Source: Neovahlkampfia damariscottae
Lineage: Eukaryota
Direction of reading: 5' to 3'
Assembly (NCBI GenBank): GCA_016618085.1
Contig: JABLTG010000157.1
Span: 1-44,621 of the forward strand
DNA length: 44,621 nt
Under the pieces are notes generated by a model, which was not told where the DNA came from, did no database searches, and saw nothing but the letters and a program-made list of their open reading frames with translations. Shown piece by piece: positions 44,407 to 44,621 of the stretch (its first letter is position 1; each line of letters starts with the position of its first letter). Both the position numbers and the translations under genes were made by a program.

Positions 44407-44621
44407 GAGGGTAATACGGCTAATGAATTGATGGTTATTGTGATAAAAGTGGCCAATTAGATTTAATTTTGCCAGTTATTTTTAGAATTTTTACTTGAAG
44501 TTGTTCAAGTTGAACAAAAAAGACCTTTTGTTCAACTAGAAAATACTGAAAAAGATCTCAAGTATTTAAAATGTCCAAACAGCTCAAATTGGATTCATTT
44601 TGGAAAGAAAAAAATGTTACT

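Noticed and set aside
1..44621. CRISPR arrays, tRNA genes, telomeric repeats
   Set aside because: None recognised by eye. Periodic sequence is limited to codon-level low complexity and homopolymers.

Overview
AT-rich, extremely compact eukaryotic nuclear DNA from a protist. A heterolobosean/discoban-like amoeba is a guess from gene content and gene structure, not proven. The standard genetic code appears to be in use. About 40 protein genes are packed with mostly tiny intergenic gaps and are broken by very short GT-AG introns (about 28-49 nt), so many real genes are fragmented in, or missing from, the ORF track. I spliced several by eye: a divergent PCNA-like clamp, a HARE-HTH protein, a ThyX-like protein, an RWP-RK factor, mL52, a G-patch protein and two Prx5 paralogues. 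Other genes include CCT7, COQ3, HisRS, RPL27A, BDP1, HIBADH, two MAP2K-like kinases, a GH1, a GT4, two CRAL-TRIO proteins and a secreted SH3b+GH24 lysozyme. One dispersed 5S rRNA gene and a candidate box C/D guide RNA are present. The best lead is the left edge (1-883): an intronless viral fibre-like ORF followed by a GC-richer tract ending in ...CTACTACT, like a Polinton/virophage-type terminus. 58 bp of that tract recur inverted at 53/58 identity 19.3 kb away. Other leads are 4-nt and 6-nt microexons in catalytic motifs, a membrane-anchored pseudokinase-KEN RNase, a CCAAT motif just upstream of most ATGs, overlapping convergent CDS ends, and an LRR gene flanked by a duplicated promoter. All splice models and family calls were made by eye and need RNA-seq/HMM confirmation.
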